Shown: one piece after another, positions 1-11,200 of the stretch
Numbering within the stretch: position 1 is the stretch's first letter
Layout of the letters: each line of letters begins with the position of its first letter
Assembly (NCBI GenBank): GCA_031411135.1
Contig: JANOAN010000007.1
Span: 4,214 to 68,213 of the forward strand
DNA length: 64,000 nucleotides
Origin: a bacterium
GTDB lineage: Bacteria; Patescibacteriota; Minisyncoccia; Phycocordibacterales; CAIZLB01
Direction: 5' to 3'
Translations under genes and position numbers: made by a program
Notes under the pieces: generated by a model
Told to the model about the DNA's origin: nothing
Database searches by the model: none
The model's input: only the letters and a program-made list of their open reading frames with translations

Positions 1-4
1 AGAT

Positions 5-3000
5 TTAATTCAAATTCCTCACACTATCCGCAATCAAACTCGGACTTCCGTTTCTTCTTGAAAACTTTCCTTTAATAACAACGCAGGATTCTTGAATCAG
101 AACCGATTTTAATTGTTCGTAAGTTTTTGGAAATACTACCACCTCAAGTGACCCAGTTAAGTCTGCCACTTTCAAAAACATCATCTTTACTGCCTTATCT
201 TTTTTAGTTGCAATTTCTTTTGCTTCCTCAATGATTCCGGCGACAACATATGCCGCCTCTTCTTTTCCAATTTCTTTTAACTTTTCAATATTCAATTCAC
301 GTTTCAATAAAATTTCTCTGTATTTATCAAGCGGGTGACCAGAAATATATAGTCCCAGTAATTCCTTTTCCCACAGTAGTTGATCAGCTGGCTTGGCAGG
401 TGGCGCCTCTCTCAATTTCAAATGACTCTCAGAACTTCCCATAAGATCAAAAAATGACCCCTGTTCTTTGTGGTGTGAATCTTGTGATTTATTGAAATCC
501 AGTAAGTCTGGAATATTTTCAAGCATCATCCCTCGTTCACCGAATGCATCCATTGCTCCACACTTTACCAATGACTCCAATGATTTTTTATTCAAATTTC
601 TATCTCTGACACGATTTAAAAAATCCTCTAACGATTTAAACTTTCCATTGTCTTCCCGTTCTTTAATGATTATGTCCGCAATTCCTTCTCCAAAGTTCTT
701 GATACTATAAAGTCCAAATCTAATCTTATCTCCAAGCTTATCTTTTTTATTATTGTCTGTTTCCATCAGTTCGCTTGCCGGTATTCCTTTCACAACGGTA
801 AAGTTTCCAAAAGATTCATTAATATCTGGTGCGAGGACTGGAATTCCCATGCGCTTACATTCAGCTACATAAATGGCAATTTCCTCTACATCACCGTGCG
901 TTCCTGTCAAAATCGCTGCCATATAAATAGCAGGGTAGTTGGCCTTCATATAAGCAGTTTGATACGCAACTCGGCCATAACTTGCTGCGTGAGCTTTGTT
1001 GAATCCATATGCCTGGAAGGGAACGAAAAGTTCCCACAGGTGGTCGGCGAACTTTTTTGTCTGACCATTTTTGATAATTCCTTCAATGAATTTTTCTTTC
1101 AAAGCGGCCATTTCAGCTGGGATTTTTTTACCCACGGCCTTTCGGAATTTGTCGGCTTCAAGCCATGTATATCCGGCCAAGTAAATCGTACAGAACAGGA
1201 GGTCGTCCTGGTATACAATCAATCCATAAGATTGGTCGAGGAAGGCTTTCATGCGGGGATCCTCGAATTTCACAAGTTTAGGGTCATTTTTTCGCGCAAT
1301 ATACTCTGGAATCACTTCCATTGGTCCCGGTCGATACAGTGCCACCATGGCGTTGATGTCGTGAATTGTTGTTGGCTTCAATTCTTTTAAAAATCTTGTC
1401 ATTCCAGACCCGTTCAATTGAAATAGTCCTTCTGTTTCACCACGTGCGAGCATTTCAAATGTTTTTTTGTCGTCATATGGAATAGTTTCAAGATCGACGT
1501 GCACTCCTTCGATTTTTTCCACCAAATCAATTGCAAATTTTAACTGCGACAAGTTTTTCAATCCCAAGAAATCGAACTTCATAAGGCCCGCATTGTTCTC
1601 ATCAATCGAATACATGTCGTATTGAGAGATGATTCGTCCTTCACCTTTAGGATCGAGCTGTAATGGTGTCACATCGGTTAATGGAAGGGGAGAAATCACC
1701 ACCCCGGCTGCATGCACCGAGATGTGTCGTGCATTTCCTTCGATTTTTTGGGCCATGTCCAAAATACTTTTTACGTCCGGATCTGTTTCATACAACTTTT
1801 TCAATTCCGGAGTTTGCTTCAGCGCAAGTTCGATTGTCATTGGAAATCCCTGTGAACCCATTGGAATCATTTTTGCGATTTGGTCTCCTAATGAATGCGG
1901 GTGTCGCATGGCACGTGCCACGTCGCGCACTGCACCTCTTGCCATCATGGTTCCAAAAGTTCCGATCTGGGCCACTTTGTCAGATCCGTATTTTTTACGA
2001 GAATATTCAATCATTTCGTCGCGACGGTTGTCGGCAAAGTCCATATCTATATCCGGCGCAGATGGTCGTTCAGGGTTCAAAAATCGTTCAAACGGCAATT
2101 TGAATTCAATTGGATTAACGTTAGTAATCCCAGTTAAATATGTCGTCATCGAGCCTGCAACCGAACCTCGAATGTTGGTTAAAATTCCGTTGGCGTGAGC
2201 GTAGTGGAGAAGGTCAGCTACGGTGAGGAAGTACGCTGCGTAGCCCTTTTTCTGGATAACGGAAAGTTCGAATTCAATTCGCTCTTTTACAATATCAGTA
2301 AGTTCAACTTTTCTTGTTTTTAATCCTTCATAAGTTAAAAATCGCAGTTCTTCGTCAGGAGTTCGCCCGCTCACTACTGTAAATTCAGGGAAGAGCCATT
2401 TACCCAAAGTAATTTCCAAATTACACTCATCAGTAATTTTTTTACAGTTATCAAGAGCTTCTGGAATATCTTTAAAAAACTTTTCAGCGTCTTTCGAGGA
2501 TATTAATGAAAAGTCCGCTTCATCCTCCAATGATCGTTCACTAAATTCATTCTGAATTGAAACCACTGTGTTTCTCGCTAGCTTGTCTTCTTTTTCTAAG
2601 TAGTACACATCATGAGCCGCGACTAGTGGAACATTGTTTTCTCGCGCAAAAGCCACGATTTTCTTCATATTTTCTTCATGCCCTTGTACTTCAGGGTGAT
2701 GTGTGAGTTCTAGGTAAAAATTTTCACCGTAAACTTTTTTATAAAAATCAGATAACTCTTTTGCCTTTTCTTTATTATCTCCCTTAATCGCAATTGCTAA
2801 GTCTCCGCTAAAAGATGGCACGATACAAACCAGTCCCTCGTGATATTTTTCAATTAATTCCTTATCAATTCTCGGTTTGTAATAAAACCCATCTAAATTC
2901 GATTCTGTTACCAACTTCAGAAGATTCTTATACCCAACTAAATTTTTTGCCAACAAAACCAACCGTGTTCTCTTATTATCAATCCTTGACCCCTTGTCAT

Positions 3001-3229
3001 GCCTCGACCTGATTGCTACATAAAAATCCACACCAACAATCGGCTTAATTTCTTTCTTCTTACATTCCTTATAAAAATCAATAACCCCGTACATATTTCC
3101 GGCATCGGTAAGGGCGAGAGAAGTGAAGCCCTTTTTAACAGCAGCACCAACAAGATCCTCAATTTTAGGGAGAGCCTGCAAGAGGCTGTAATGGCTATGG
3201 GTATGTAAATGCGTAAAACGATTAGTCAT
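5..3229 (-). CDS. dnaE: DNA polymerase III alpha subunit
   Basis: PHP motif FTHLHTHSHYSLL, RGS(V)AGS, FERFLNPER..PDIDMDF, C-terminal OB fold. Confidence 0.98.
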   Translation of the reverse strand: MTNRFTHLHTHSHYSLLQALPKIEDLVGAAVKKGFTSLALTDAGNMYGVIDFYKECKKKEIKPIVGVDFYVAIRSRHDKGSRIDNKRTRLVLLAKNLVGYKNLLKLVTESNLDGFYYKPRIDKELIEKYHEGLVCIVPSFSGDLAIAIKGDNKEKAKELSDFYKKVYGENFYLELTHHPEVQGHEENMKKIVAFARENNVPLVAAHDVYYLEKEDKLARNTVVSIQNEFSERSLEDEADFSLISSKDAEKFFKDIPEALDNCKKITDECNLEITLGKWLFPEFTVVSGRTPDEELRFLTYEGLKTRKVELTDIVKERIEFELSVIQKKGYAAYFLTVADLLHYAHANGILTNIRGSVAGSMTTYLTGITNVNPIEFKLPFERFLNPERPSAPDIDMDFADNRRDEMIEYSRKKYGSDKVAQIGTFGTMMARGAVRDVARAMRHPHSLGDQIAKMIPMGSQGFPMTIELALKQTPELKKLYETDPDVKSILDMAQKIEGNARHISVHAAGVVISPLPLTDVTPLQLDPKGEGRIISQYDMYSIDENNAGLMKFDFLGLKNLSQLKFAIDLVEKIEGVHVDLETIPYDDKKTFEMLARGETEGLFQLNGSGMTRFLKELKPTTIHDINAMVALYRPGPMEVIPEYIARKNDPKLVKFEDPRMKAFLDQSYGLIVYQDDLLFCTIYLAGYTWLEADKFRKAVGKKIPAEMAALKEKFIEGIIKNGQTKKFADHLWELFVPFQAYGFNKAHAASYGRVAYQTAYMKANYPAIYMAAILTGTHGDVEEIAIYVAECKRMGIPVLAPDINESFGNFTVVKGIPASELMETDNNKKDKLGDKIRFGLYSIKNFGEGIADIIIKEREDNGKFKSLEDFLNRVRDRNLNKKSLESLVKCGAMDAFGERGMMLENIPDLLDFNKSQDSHHKEQGSFFDLMGSSESHLKLREAPPAKPADQLLWEKELLGLYISGHPLDKYREILLKRELNIEKLKEIGKEEAAYVVAGIIEEAKEIATKKDKAVKMMFLKVADLTGSLEVVVFPKTYEQLKSVLIQESCVVIKGKFSRRNGSPSLIADSVRNLN

Positions 3230-3315
3230 ATTATTGGAGAGTTTTTTGTGCTCTCATGTGGTAGTTGTATATTGTACAAGCACCTGTAAACTTATGTCAT
3301 TATTATATACATTTT

Positions 3316-3894
3316 ATGAGAATCTTCAAATGGCATGTTGGAATTGATGAAGCGGGAAGGGGACCTTTGGCGGGGCCTGTTTCTGTTGGTGCGGTTATGG
3401 TTAAAAGCGATTTCGACTTCTCTATTTTTAAGAATTTGAAAGATAGTAAAAAGTTATCAGAAGCCAGAAGGGAAGAATTTTTTGAAATTATAGAGAAGCA
3501 CAAAATAATTGCCAAAGTCGTTATGATTTCAAATAAAATCATCGACAAAAAGGGGATTTCGTATGCAATCCGTTTTGCAATAAAATCACTACTTAAAAAA
3601 TTAAACCCTAATATTAAGCAGTCAAAAATATTCCTCGATGGCTCCCTAAAAGCCCCAGAAGAATTCACTCAAGAGACAATCATAAAAGGGGACGAGAAAA
3701 TCCCTGTTATCTCTCTTGCTTCTGTAATGGCCAAAGTGACCCGCGATCGATATATGAAAAAAATCTCAAAAAATTATCCTGCTTTTAACTTCGATATTCA
3801 TAAGGGGTATGGCACAAAAAGGCACATAGAGGCGATTAAAAAGCACGGTCCAAGCAAGCTTCATAGAAAAACATTTATCACTAGAATTGTTTAA
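3316..3894 (+). CDS. rnhB: Ribonuclease HII
   Basis: GIDEAGRGPLAGPV, DSKKL, ASVMAKVTRD, KGYGT; start moved to ATG at 3316. Confidence 0.96.
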   Translation: MRIFKWHVGIDEAGRGPLAGPVSVGAVMVKSDFDFSIFKNLKDSKKLSEARREEFFEIIEKHKIIAKVVMISNKIIDKKGISYAIRFAIKSLLKKLNPNIKQSKIFLDGSLKAPEEFTQETIIKGDEKIPVISLASVMAKVTRDRYMKKISKNYPAFNFDIHKGYGTKRHIEAIKKHGPSKLHRKTFITRIV

Positions 3895-3969
3895 AAAATT
3901 GAGTATAATTCCAAGTAGAAGTTCGCATTCCGCGTGCTCATGAACAACAAGTCGAAAGGAGTCTAAACA

Positions 3970-4821
3970 ATGAACAGAAAAGAACGTTTAAGGTGGGATC
4001 CTGGGTTCATCGATAAAAGCAAAGCAGACCAAACGTGGTACAAAACCCAACTGCCGGAATTCATCACGCAGATCAGTATCCGAAAAAACCTCAGATCCTA
4101 TCTGGCACCAGTCTTAGGGGGTCGGGTTAAGCTAACTAAGCGTCAGGCTAGAAAAATTCTCGACGCTATCAGTCAAAATTATACACTCGAGTTGTGTGAT
4201 TTCTTCAATATCGAAGCTGGTATAGGTAGATTCACACTAGAAGAATTCGTGGTTTGGTTCGACAAGGTGATTCACACTCGTGGTGCATCGTATATGATCA
4301 GAAAGTGCGTTGATCACATGGTTCATCATAGGAAAGTTCAGTTCTCTGAAGTGTCGGTTATTAATTGGGTTGAGCAGGCATTTCTCCAGTCTGCATTCAA
4401 AGATGCTGGAGAATTGCTTCTTGTGACCAAGTATCACTTGAGCCCGCTTCTCTCAAACCATGAATTATGGAGGAACACTCTAGATGCTGCTAGACAGAAA
4501 GGTGATCACGGAATTGCGAGATTGTTTCCGATTCTCCTCATGCGATTGCGACCCAAGCGCGGAAGGCTCTCAAAGAATCGCGCTAAAGGAGTGGCTATGG
4601 TCATCCACGAAGCGTATGTTTCCCGAAAAGACGAAGATGGAAACTGTTTTGAATCAAAATTCTTGATAAGCATGCTCACTGAGTATTTCTCAGCGAAAGC
4701 GACTGCGAGGGTAATGGATGCGTATTATGAAATGTTGGAGATAACTTACACAGCCAAGGCTAAAGAAGTGGAAAGTGCCCTTACTGAAGTTCGGACTCTC
4801 CGCAAACAAGTAAAAAAATAA
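3970..4821 (+). CDS. Hypothetical protein
   Basis: 283-aa ORF with TATAAT (3904), AAAGGAG SD and downstream hairpin plus T-run; no motif recognised. Confidence 0.8.
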   Translation: MNRKERLRWDPGFIDKSKADQTWYKTQLPEFITQISIRKNLRSYLAPVLGGRVKLTKRQARKILDAISQNYTLELCDFFNIEAGIGRFTLEEFVVWFDKVIHTRGASYMIRKCVDHMVHHRKVQFSEVSVINWVEQAFLQSAFKDAGELLLVTKYHLSPLLSNHELWRNTLDAARQKGDHGIARLFPILLMRLRPKRGRLSKNRAKGVAMVIHEAYVSRKDEDGNCFESKFLISMLTEYFSAKATARVMDAYYEMLEITYTAKAKEVESALTEVRTLRKQVKK

Positions 4822-4892
4822 CGGTCAAATTCAATATATAGAAAGGATAAATAGGAGGCCTGACCAGCCTCTTTTTCTTTTGCTTAGATTAA

Positions 4893-5180
4893 TTAAATCT
4901 TAGTCAATTTTAACTTTGCACCCAATGCGAACGTCAATTTCTGCAAAAAGCTTAACGTAGGATTTCCTTTTCCTGATTCAAATCTGGCAACCACTGATTG
5001 AGAGGTACCTATCATTTCCGCAAGTTTTTTTTGTGTGATGTTCTTTTCTCTGCGGGCTCTTATTATGAGGCGTATAATTTGGAACTCAAGTTCAAGGGCC
5101 TCGTAATGCTTCCTGAATTCAGGATCTTTCATTTCTCTCTTGTGAAGTTCTGTAAAAGTTATACTTCCTTTGTATTTCAT
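4893..5180 (-). CDS. XRE-family HTH protein, HigA-like antitoxin
   Basis: TQKKLAEMIGTSQSVVARFESGKGNPTL; downstream of RelE-like toxin. Confidence 0.88.
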   Translation of the reverse strand: MKYKGSITFTELHKREMKDPEFRKHYEALELEFQIIRLIIRARREKNITQKKLAEMIGTSQSVVARFESGKGNPTLSFLQKLTFALGAKLKLTKI

Positions 5181-5190
5181 AATATGTAAT

Positions 5191-5206
5191 ATAGCATATA
5201 TGCTAT
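5191..5206. promoter_or_regulatory. Perfect 16-bp palindrome, probable antitoxin operator
   Basis: ATAGCATATATGCTAT between toxin and antitoxin, overlapping a TGcTATATT -10 on the minus strand. Confidence 0.6.
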
Positions 5207-5207
5207 C

Positions 5208-5513
5208 TCAGTCAAATGCGTTGATTATGTTTAAGGCTTTACGAATCTCACCCGCATCAAGTTTTTGACTTTTCTTTATGTAACCTGAAACTATGATTAT
5301 TACTCCACGTGTGAATGTATAGAATAGGCGGATATTCTGCTCTCCTGGCATCCGTAACTCAAATAGTCTATTCGTTATCTTCTTACAGTGGGGGAGCCTA
5401 AGATTCTCTCCTTCGTTTAACAAAAGCTTGATTTCTCTATGCACTCTCGTTTGAGCTCTTTTACCTAAATTTATGAGAAATTTGTGTGCTGATCTTAATA
5501 ATATAACTTCCAC
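5208..5513 (-). CDS. RelE/HigB (Gp49-like) toxin
   Basis: LPHCKKI..LFELR...NIRLFY...GYIKKSQK pattern; toxin-first order. Confidence 0.85.
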   Translation of the reverse strand: MEVILLRSAHKFLINLGKRAQTRVHREIKLLLNEGENLRLPHCKKITNRLFELRMPGEQNIRLFYTFTRGVIIIVSGYIKKSQKLDAGEIRKALNIINAFD

Positions 5514-5619
5514 AAAAATACTCTACAAGTCTGATATGAAATTTTGATGAATTCCTGATAAAGCTCTAATAATTAACAACTATTGTAATATCCCTTAAAA
5601 TCTGTATAATATCCCCACT

Positions 5620-5859
5620 ATGGTAAACCACATGCGACACACCCGGGGCCACACCGGAAACCGACGAAGCCACCACGCTCTAAAGACAACGAGTGCGGTT
5701 CTTTGCGGTAATTGCGGCGCTCCTAACCGAAAGCACGTTATCTGTGCTAACTGCGGATTCTACAAGGGTAGAGACGTTCTAGGAAAGACAAAGAAGGCAG
5801 ATAAAAAGGAGGCAAAATCAGTAGCAAAGGCCCCTCGATCTAAAAAGGCTAAGAAATAA
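5620..5859 (+). CDS. rpmF: 50S ribosomal protein L32
   Basis: RRSHHAL, CxxCG..HVICxxCGFYKG zinc ribbon. Confidence 0.95.
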   Translation: MVNHMRHTRGHTGNRRSHHALKTTSAVLCGNCGAPNRKHVICANCGFYKGRDVLGKTKKADKKEAKSVAKAPRSKKAKK

Positions 5860-5863
5860 TCAA

Positions 5864-5898
5864 AAACAAAAACACCCACACAAAGGGTGTTTTTGTTT
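5864..5898. terminator. Intrinsic terminator after rpmF
   Basis: AAACAAAAACACCC / GGGTGTTTTTGTTT inverted repeat. Confidence 0.8.
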
Positions 5899-5945
5899 GC
5901 ACACTTATTCAAATAGGTATAGAATTACCAATGTAAGAACCTTAT

Positions 5946-6854
5946 ATGGCAAACCGGCATTTATCACGCTCAATAGCAATGCAATCACTCTTCGAATGGG
6001 ATTTCCGTTCGATGCCGGACTTGGCAATGGATGAGGTTATTTCTCGAAACACAGAAGAATTCGCACCAGGCGTTAGTGACACTAGTTTTACTAAAAAAAT
6101 TGTTGATGGAGTTCTCACTAAAAAAGCAGACATAGATTCTATAATTGAAAAAGCGGCTCCTGAATGGCCGGTGGCAAAAATTGCAATTGTGGACAGAAAC
6201 GTATTGCGTGTAGGTTTGTATGAGTTACTTTTTGCTGATAAAAAAGAAGTGCCAGCAAAAGTAGCAATCAACGAAGCAATCGAACTTGCGAAAACCTTTG
6301 GAGGAGAGACTTCTGGAAAATTCGTGAACGGAGTGTTAGGAGCAGTTTATAAAGAAATGGGCGAGCCTGGCAAGGACGAAATCTCTCCGCGAAAAATCCG
6401 CGAAGCGAAAATGAATATTCCATTCGAGCAGATGCCGATCAAGGTCTTGGGTGGTGCGGTTGTTTATGCAAAGCACGAGAACGAAGTGTACCTCGCACTT
6501 GTACATGATGTATTCGGTCACTGGACTTTGTCAAAAGGAGGAGTACTTCCTGATGTTGATGTAAAGATTGGAACTGCAGCAAAAATTAAAGAAGAGATAG
6601 GATTGGATATTAACATCGAAGAAGAGCTGGCAAAAAATGAATATGTTGCATCTCACCCCGAAGAGGGTAAGATCAGAAAGCAGGTAACATATTTTCTTGC
6701 ATCTGGTCCATATCAAGATCTCAAATTAGGTGAAAGCGGTGGTCTCGACGATGCAAAATGGTTCAAATTACAGGATATTTTGACCTTAAATTTTTATAGT
6801 GACATATTACCGATTGTGACCAAGGCCATTCAAATTCTCTTGAAAAAAAGCTAA
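5946..6854 (+). CDS. nusB: NusB fused to a C-terminal NUDIX-fold domain
   Basis: DRNVLR, VAINEAIELAKTFG, FVNGVL; then WTLSKG...IKEEIG..YFL NUDIX-like region. Confidence 0.92.
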   Translation: MANRHLSRSIAMQSLFEWDFRSMPDLAMDEVISRNTEEFAPGVSDTSFTKKIVDGVLTKKADIDSIIEKAAPEWPVAKIAIVDRNVLRVGLYELLFADKKEVPAKVAINEAIELAKTFGGETSGKFVNGVLGAVYKEMGEPGKDEISPRKIREAKMNIPFEQMPIKVLGGAVVYAKHENEVYLALVHDVFGHWTLSKGGVLPDVDVKIGTAAKIKEEIGLDINIEEELAKNEYVASHPEEGKIRKQVTYFLASGPYQDLKLGESGGLDDAKWFKLQDILTLNFYSDILPIVTKAIQILLKKS

Positions 6855-6878
6855 TTTTATTGTACTATAGGCCCACAT

Positions 6879-7565
6879 ATGGATTTTTCAGTTTTCGAAA
6901 AAAGCATCAATATTACGTTCAAAGACCCCGAGCTTTTAAAGCAGGCTTTCACGCACAGGTCATATTTGAATGAACACAAGGGTTCTAAAATGGAACACAA
7001 CGAACGCCTCGAATTTTTAGGTGATGCAGTTTTAGAATTAGCAGTGACAGATTTTCTATACAAAAAATTTCCTAAAAAGAGTGAAGGTGAATTGACAGCT
7101 TACAGATCGGCCCTTGTGAATTCTACAACCCTTGCGACGGTTGCGGAAAAACTTAATATGAATTCATTTCTGCTACTTTCAAAAGGAGAATCAAAAGACA
7201 CGGGTCGTGCACGACAATTTATTTTGGCGAATACTTTCGAATCAGTTCTCGGTTCGATTTATCTTGATCAGGGTTACGCAATATCAGAAAAATTTGTCTC
7301 CGAAAGTCTCTTTCCAATGCTAGATGAAATTCTACATACAAAATCTTTTATTGATGCCAAGAGTCAATTCCAAGAACGAGCTCAAGAAAAAGTGGGTATC
7401 ACTCCGTCATATAAACTAGTCAAAGAAACTGGACCTGATCACGGTAAGGTCTTTACTGTAGGTGTTTACATTGATGGAGAGATGATTGCGACAGGAGATG
7501 GGAAATCTAAACAGGATGCAGAGCAAGAGGCTGCAAAGAAGGCGTTGTCTATAAAGGCCTGGTAA
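6879..7565 (+). CDS. rnc: Ribonuclease III
   Basis: HNERLEFLGDAVL signature, C-terminal dsRBD. Confidence 0.98.
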   Translation: MDFSVFEKSINITFKDPELLKQAFTHRSYLNEHKGSKMEHNERLEFLGDAVLELAVTDFLYKKFPKKSEGELTAYRSALVNSTTLATVAEKLNMNSFLLLSKGESKDTGRARQFILANTFESVLGSIYLDQGYAISEKFVSESLFPMLDEILHTKSFIDAKSQFQERAQEKVGITPSYKLVKETGPDHGKVFTVGVYIDGEMIATGDGKSKQDAEQEAAKKALSIKAW

Positions 7566-7567
7566 GT

Positions 7568-7987
7568 CTAGGACTTAATGTGCTTTTCCTCACCGCGTTT
7601 CTTTCCATGAAATAGGTGAAAATCATAATGAGGGTTTGAAATAATTGCTAAACTAATAGCAGTACAAAGAATAGAGACATTTCTGAATGTGATGTGTAGT
7701 GATCCAAAATCAAAAATAAAGATTCCTAAAAGTAACCCTGAAGCAGCGATACTTGGAAGAAAGATTTTGTAGACTGAAAGAAGCCATACTCCTATTATTA
7801 CTTCACCTATTCCCCATGTTATCAATAAAAGTTCATCTCCGGCCATAGTGCGCATAAATTGAGGAAAGTATGCAAGCCATGGAGCGGGGTTTATAAACGC
7901 AGAGATTGAGGCGTAGAGGAAAGTGAATGCGACTCCGAAGCGAAGAAGAAACCAGACGATGGGAAGTTCTTTTTGTGTTGGCTGCAT
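7568..7987 (-). CDS. DoxX-like membrane protein
   Basis: LLRFGVAFTFLY and four hydrophobic segments. Confidence 0.7.
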   Translation of the reverse strand: MQPTQKELPIVWFLLRFGVAFTFLYASISAFINPAPWLAYFPQFMRTMAGDELLLITWGIGEVIIGVWLLSVYKIFLPSIAASGLLLGIFIFDFGSLHITFRNVSILCTAISLAIISNPHYDFHLFHGKKRGEEKHIKS

Positions 7988-8207
7988 TTTTTTATTTTCA
8001 ATTATAGCATTTTTAAAATTTAGTTGCCATTTTTTTGATTAGATAATGCTTGTTTGAGTTGTAGTTCTCATTTATTCTACTCAAAAAAACTACAGTTTGT
8101 TAGTTATAAAGTTTAAATTGGCTCGATTTTTTGCAAGTTTGACGCATATCGTGATATAATTTTTTTAAGTACTTAAGTTTTTAGAAACTTAGGGCTAAAA
8201 ATATTAA

Positions 8208-11200
8208 ATGAATAATTTACATAAAAAATCTGAATTAAAATTATCATACTTTGTTTTATTGATAATCGTTCTAGTTTTTTCTTCCTTTTTTCTATATCAA
8301 TCAGCTAGTGCATCTACAAATGTATCGTCTTGCACTACATTAAGTAATCCTGGAGAAGTATACGTTCTTACTAATAATATAAGTAATGGTTTAGGCAACG
8401 ACTGTCTTATAATAACTGCAAATAATATTACAATTGAAGGGGGTGGTTTTACAATTGAAGGGAATATGTACGCCATTGGAAATTCTATAACCGGGTATTC
8501 TTTACTTGTAAATAATACTACAGTGGATGGTGATATTAATGGCAATGGTAATTCTAGTATTTCAGGCTCGTCTGGGGGGTCAATAACATTATCTAATTCT
8601 AATGTTACAGGAACCATATACGCAAATGGAATATTAGGAATTGATGGTAGTGGTGGTTCAGAAGGACAACAGGGTAATCCTCCACAGGATGGCGGTTCAG
8701 GGTCTGTAGGTGGCGCAGGGGGCAACGCAGGTAATGTTTTTATTTTGGCAAGTTCAAGTGTATATTCAGTTAATGCAACAGGAGGAAATGGAGGAAATGG
8801 TGGGAATGGAGGAAGTGGTGGTAATTTTAATGATGGTGAGGGTAATTCTGGACAAGGAGCCAATGGAGGTTCAGGAGGAAATGGTGGGAATGGTGGGAAT
8901 GGAGGAAACGTTTATGTTAGTTCAAACTCAAGTGTTTCGTCTTATGTATTAAATGCAGGTACGTTTGGAAATGGAGGTTCAGGAGGAATTGGTGGTACAG
9001 ATAATGGTATTGCTGGTTCAGCAGGAGATCAAGGAAATTTAGGTACTGATGGTGTAGTTTCGGCTTATATTCCTCGTGTTTCTTCCGCTACTTTGATCAG
9101 TAGGATAGTTACGCTTATATATGATCAAGAACTAGACATCAACTCGGTTCCTTCTGGTGTAGATTTTAACGTGAAAGTGAATTCTGGATCTGGCACCACA
9201 ACAAATATTGTTTCCTCTGTATTTATTACAGGAACCTCCACAATTGTACTCACTCTCTCAGACTTGGTTTCTCCGAGTGCTTCTGTGACCATAGACTATT
9301 CTCCAGGTTCGTCTCCAGTTCAAAATCTCGCCGGAGATGACGCTGAACAGCTTTCCAATTATCCAGTCTACAATAATACCGCAACAGTCTTAAATAGTGC
9401 GAATATTTCTTATTATATTTTAACCCTTCAATATAATAAAACACTGAATTCCACCTCAACCCCATCAGTTTCAGATTTTTCAGTCATGTCAAATGGCGCT
9501 ACAACCACCATTAACTCGATCCAAATTAGCGGTTCTAATATATTAATAAACCTTTCTGCGGCTGTAGGTGCCACAAGTACTGTTACTGTAAGCTATACGC
9601 CAGGGGTAAATCCTATTCAAGATCTTTTGGGAAATAATGCACTTGCTTTTTCTAATATTGGAGTAACAAATAATACTCAGGGACTCAATTGTTCTTACTC
9701 TGTCGGGACTACCCGTGAGTCAGCTATATATAATGATACTTTATATAAACCTGGAAACGGATCAGTTGTGGTGTTCGTAAATAGTCGGATTCCCACACTT
9801 CTTAAGACTATAACTGTTGGTGGAGGTGACGGGTATCCTGTCAAAACAGTTAGTTCCAATCGAAAAGTTTATGCCATAGGTACTAGTAATGATAAAACAA
9901 ATATTAGTGTTATTGATCCCGTATTAAACACTGTTACCTCCACAATCGTTTTGCCTTACGTACCTAGGCACGCAATTTCAGTTGGAAAAAAACTTTACGT
10001 ATTTAATAACTCGAACAAAATGTCCATTATAAATACGGCTAATGATAGTCTTGCTTCTACAATTACAATAGGTACAATTAATACACATATTGCCGATGCA
10101 GTTATATTGGGAGATAAATTATATATAGGCGAAAATGAAGGATCGGTTGGAATATATGATACATCGACCGATACAGAAATTACTACTATTACAGGTTTGG
10201 GTGGTTCATTATCAAAATTGGCCGCTGTGGGGAATAAGATCTATGTATTTAGGGATTCAAGTAGTGCTGTAAGTGATACCATTATTGATGGTACAACTAA
10301 TGCAACAACCACTATACCTTCAACGAGCGGAGGATTTTCTTATGGCGTAATTGGAAAGAAGATATATGCCGCAAATTATGGAGGGGGATCTGGAACCAAT
10401 GTTGTTGATGTTATAGATGCAGACACCAACTCGAAAATAACTACGATTGGTAACTCTACACGTGGCGCATACTATCTAGCCGTTACAAAAAATAAAAAAG
10501 TTTATGTGCCAAATGCGAATACTCCTAAAAAAATAACCGTGATTGATTCTAGAACCGATTCTGTGGTAAAAACTTTTGATAGCGGACAAGAAACTTTTTA
10601 TTCGGCACTGGCTTTTGGAACAAATGTGTATGTTAGTGCCCTTGCGGAAGCAGGTTCATCCAAAACTATCGATTCCCGAGTTGATGAATACTATAATAGT
10701 TGTCTTCCTGAGCTCTCATCCTTTAATAGCAATTCATTGGATGGAGTTTACACTACTGGTCAAAATATCAATATAATTGCAAACTTTAATAAAGTACTTG
10801 GACCGGGGTCAACTATAACTATTAGATTAAATACAGGTAGAAATGTTACTTTGAGCACCATCAGTGGTACTTCAAGTCTCTCTGGTACGTATACAGTAGC
10901 ATCAACGGACTTGGTAGAGGACTTGACTGTATCAAGTATTGTTACCGCTTCAATCATGGATTCTAACTTGACTGGTATTCGTACAGTAATGGAAGTTCCC
11001 GACTCTCCTGATTTATCGACAGATCCAAAGTACAACCTTGGTGATTTAAAAAATATTTCTGTCCGTTCTCCGCGTACTAGTATTCAAGTTGGATCTAATC
11101 CTTATCAAATGGTAGTTATTGGATCAAATATTTACGTAGCAAATATGGGTTCCAATAATATTTCAATTATAAATACTAATAATAATACTGCCTCAAGCAC

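Noticed and set aside
8640-9050. GGA/GGT-rich repeats as a DNA repeat element
   Set aside because: Explained by the Gly-rich coding region.
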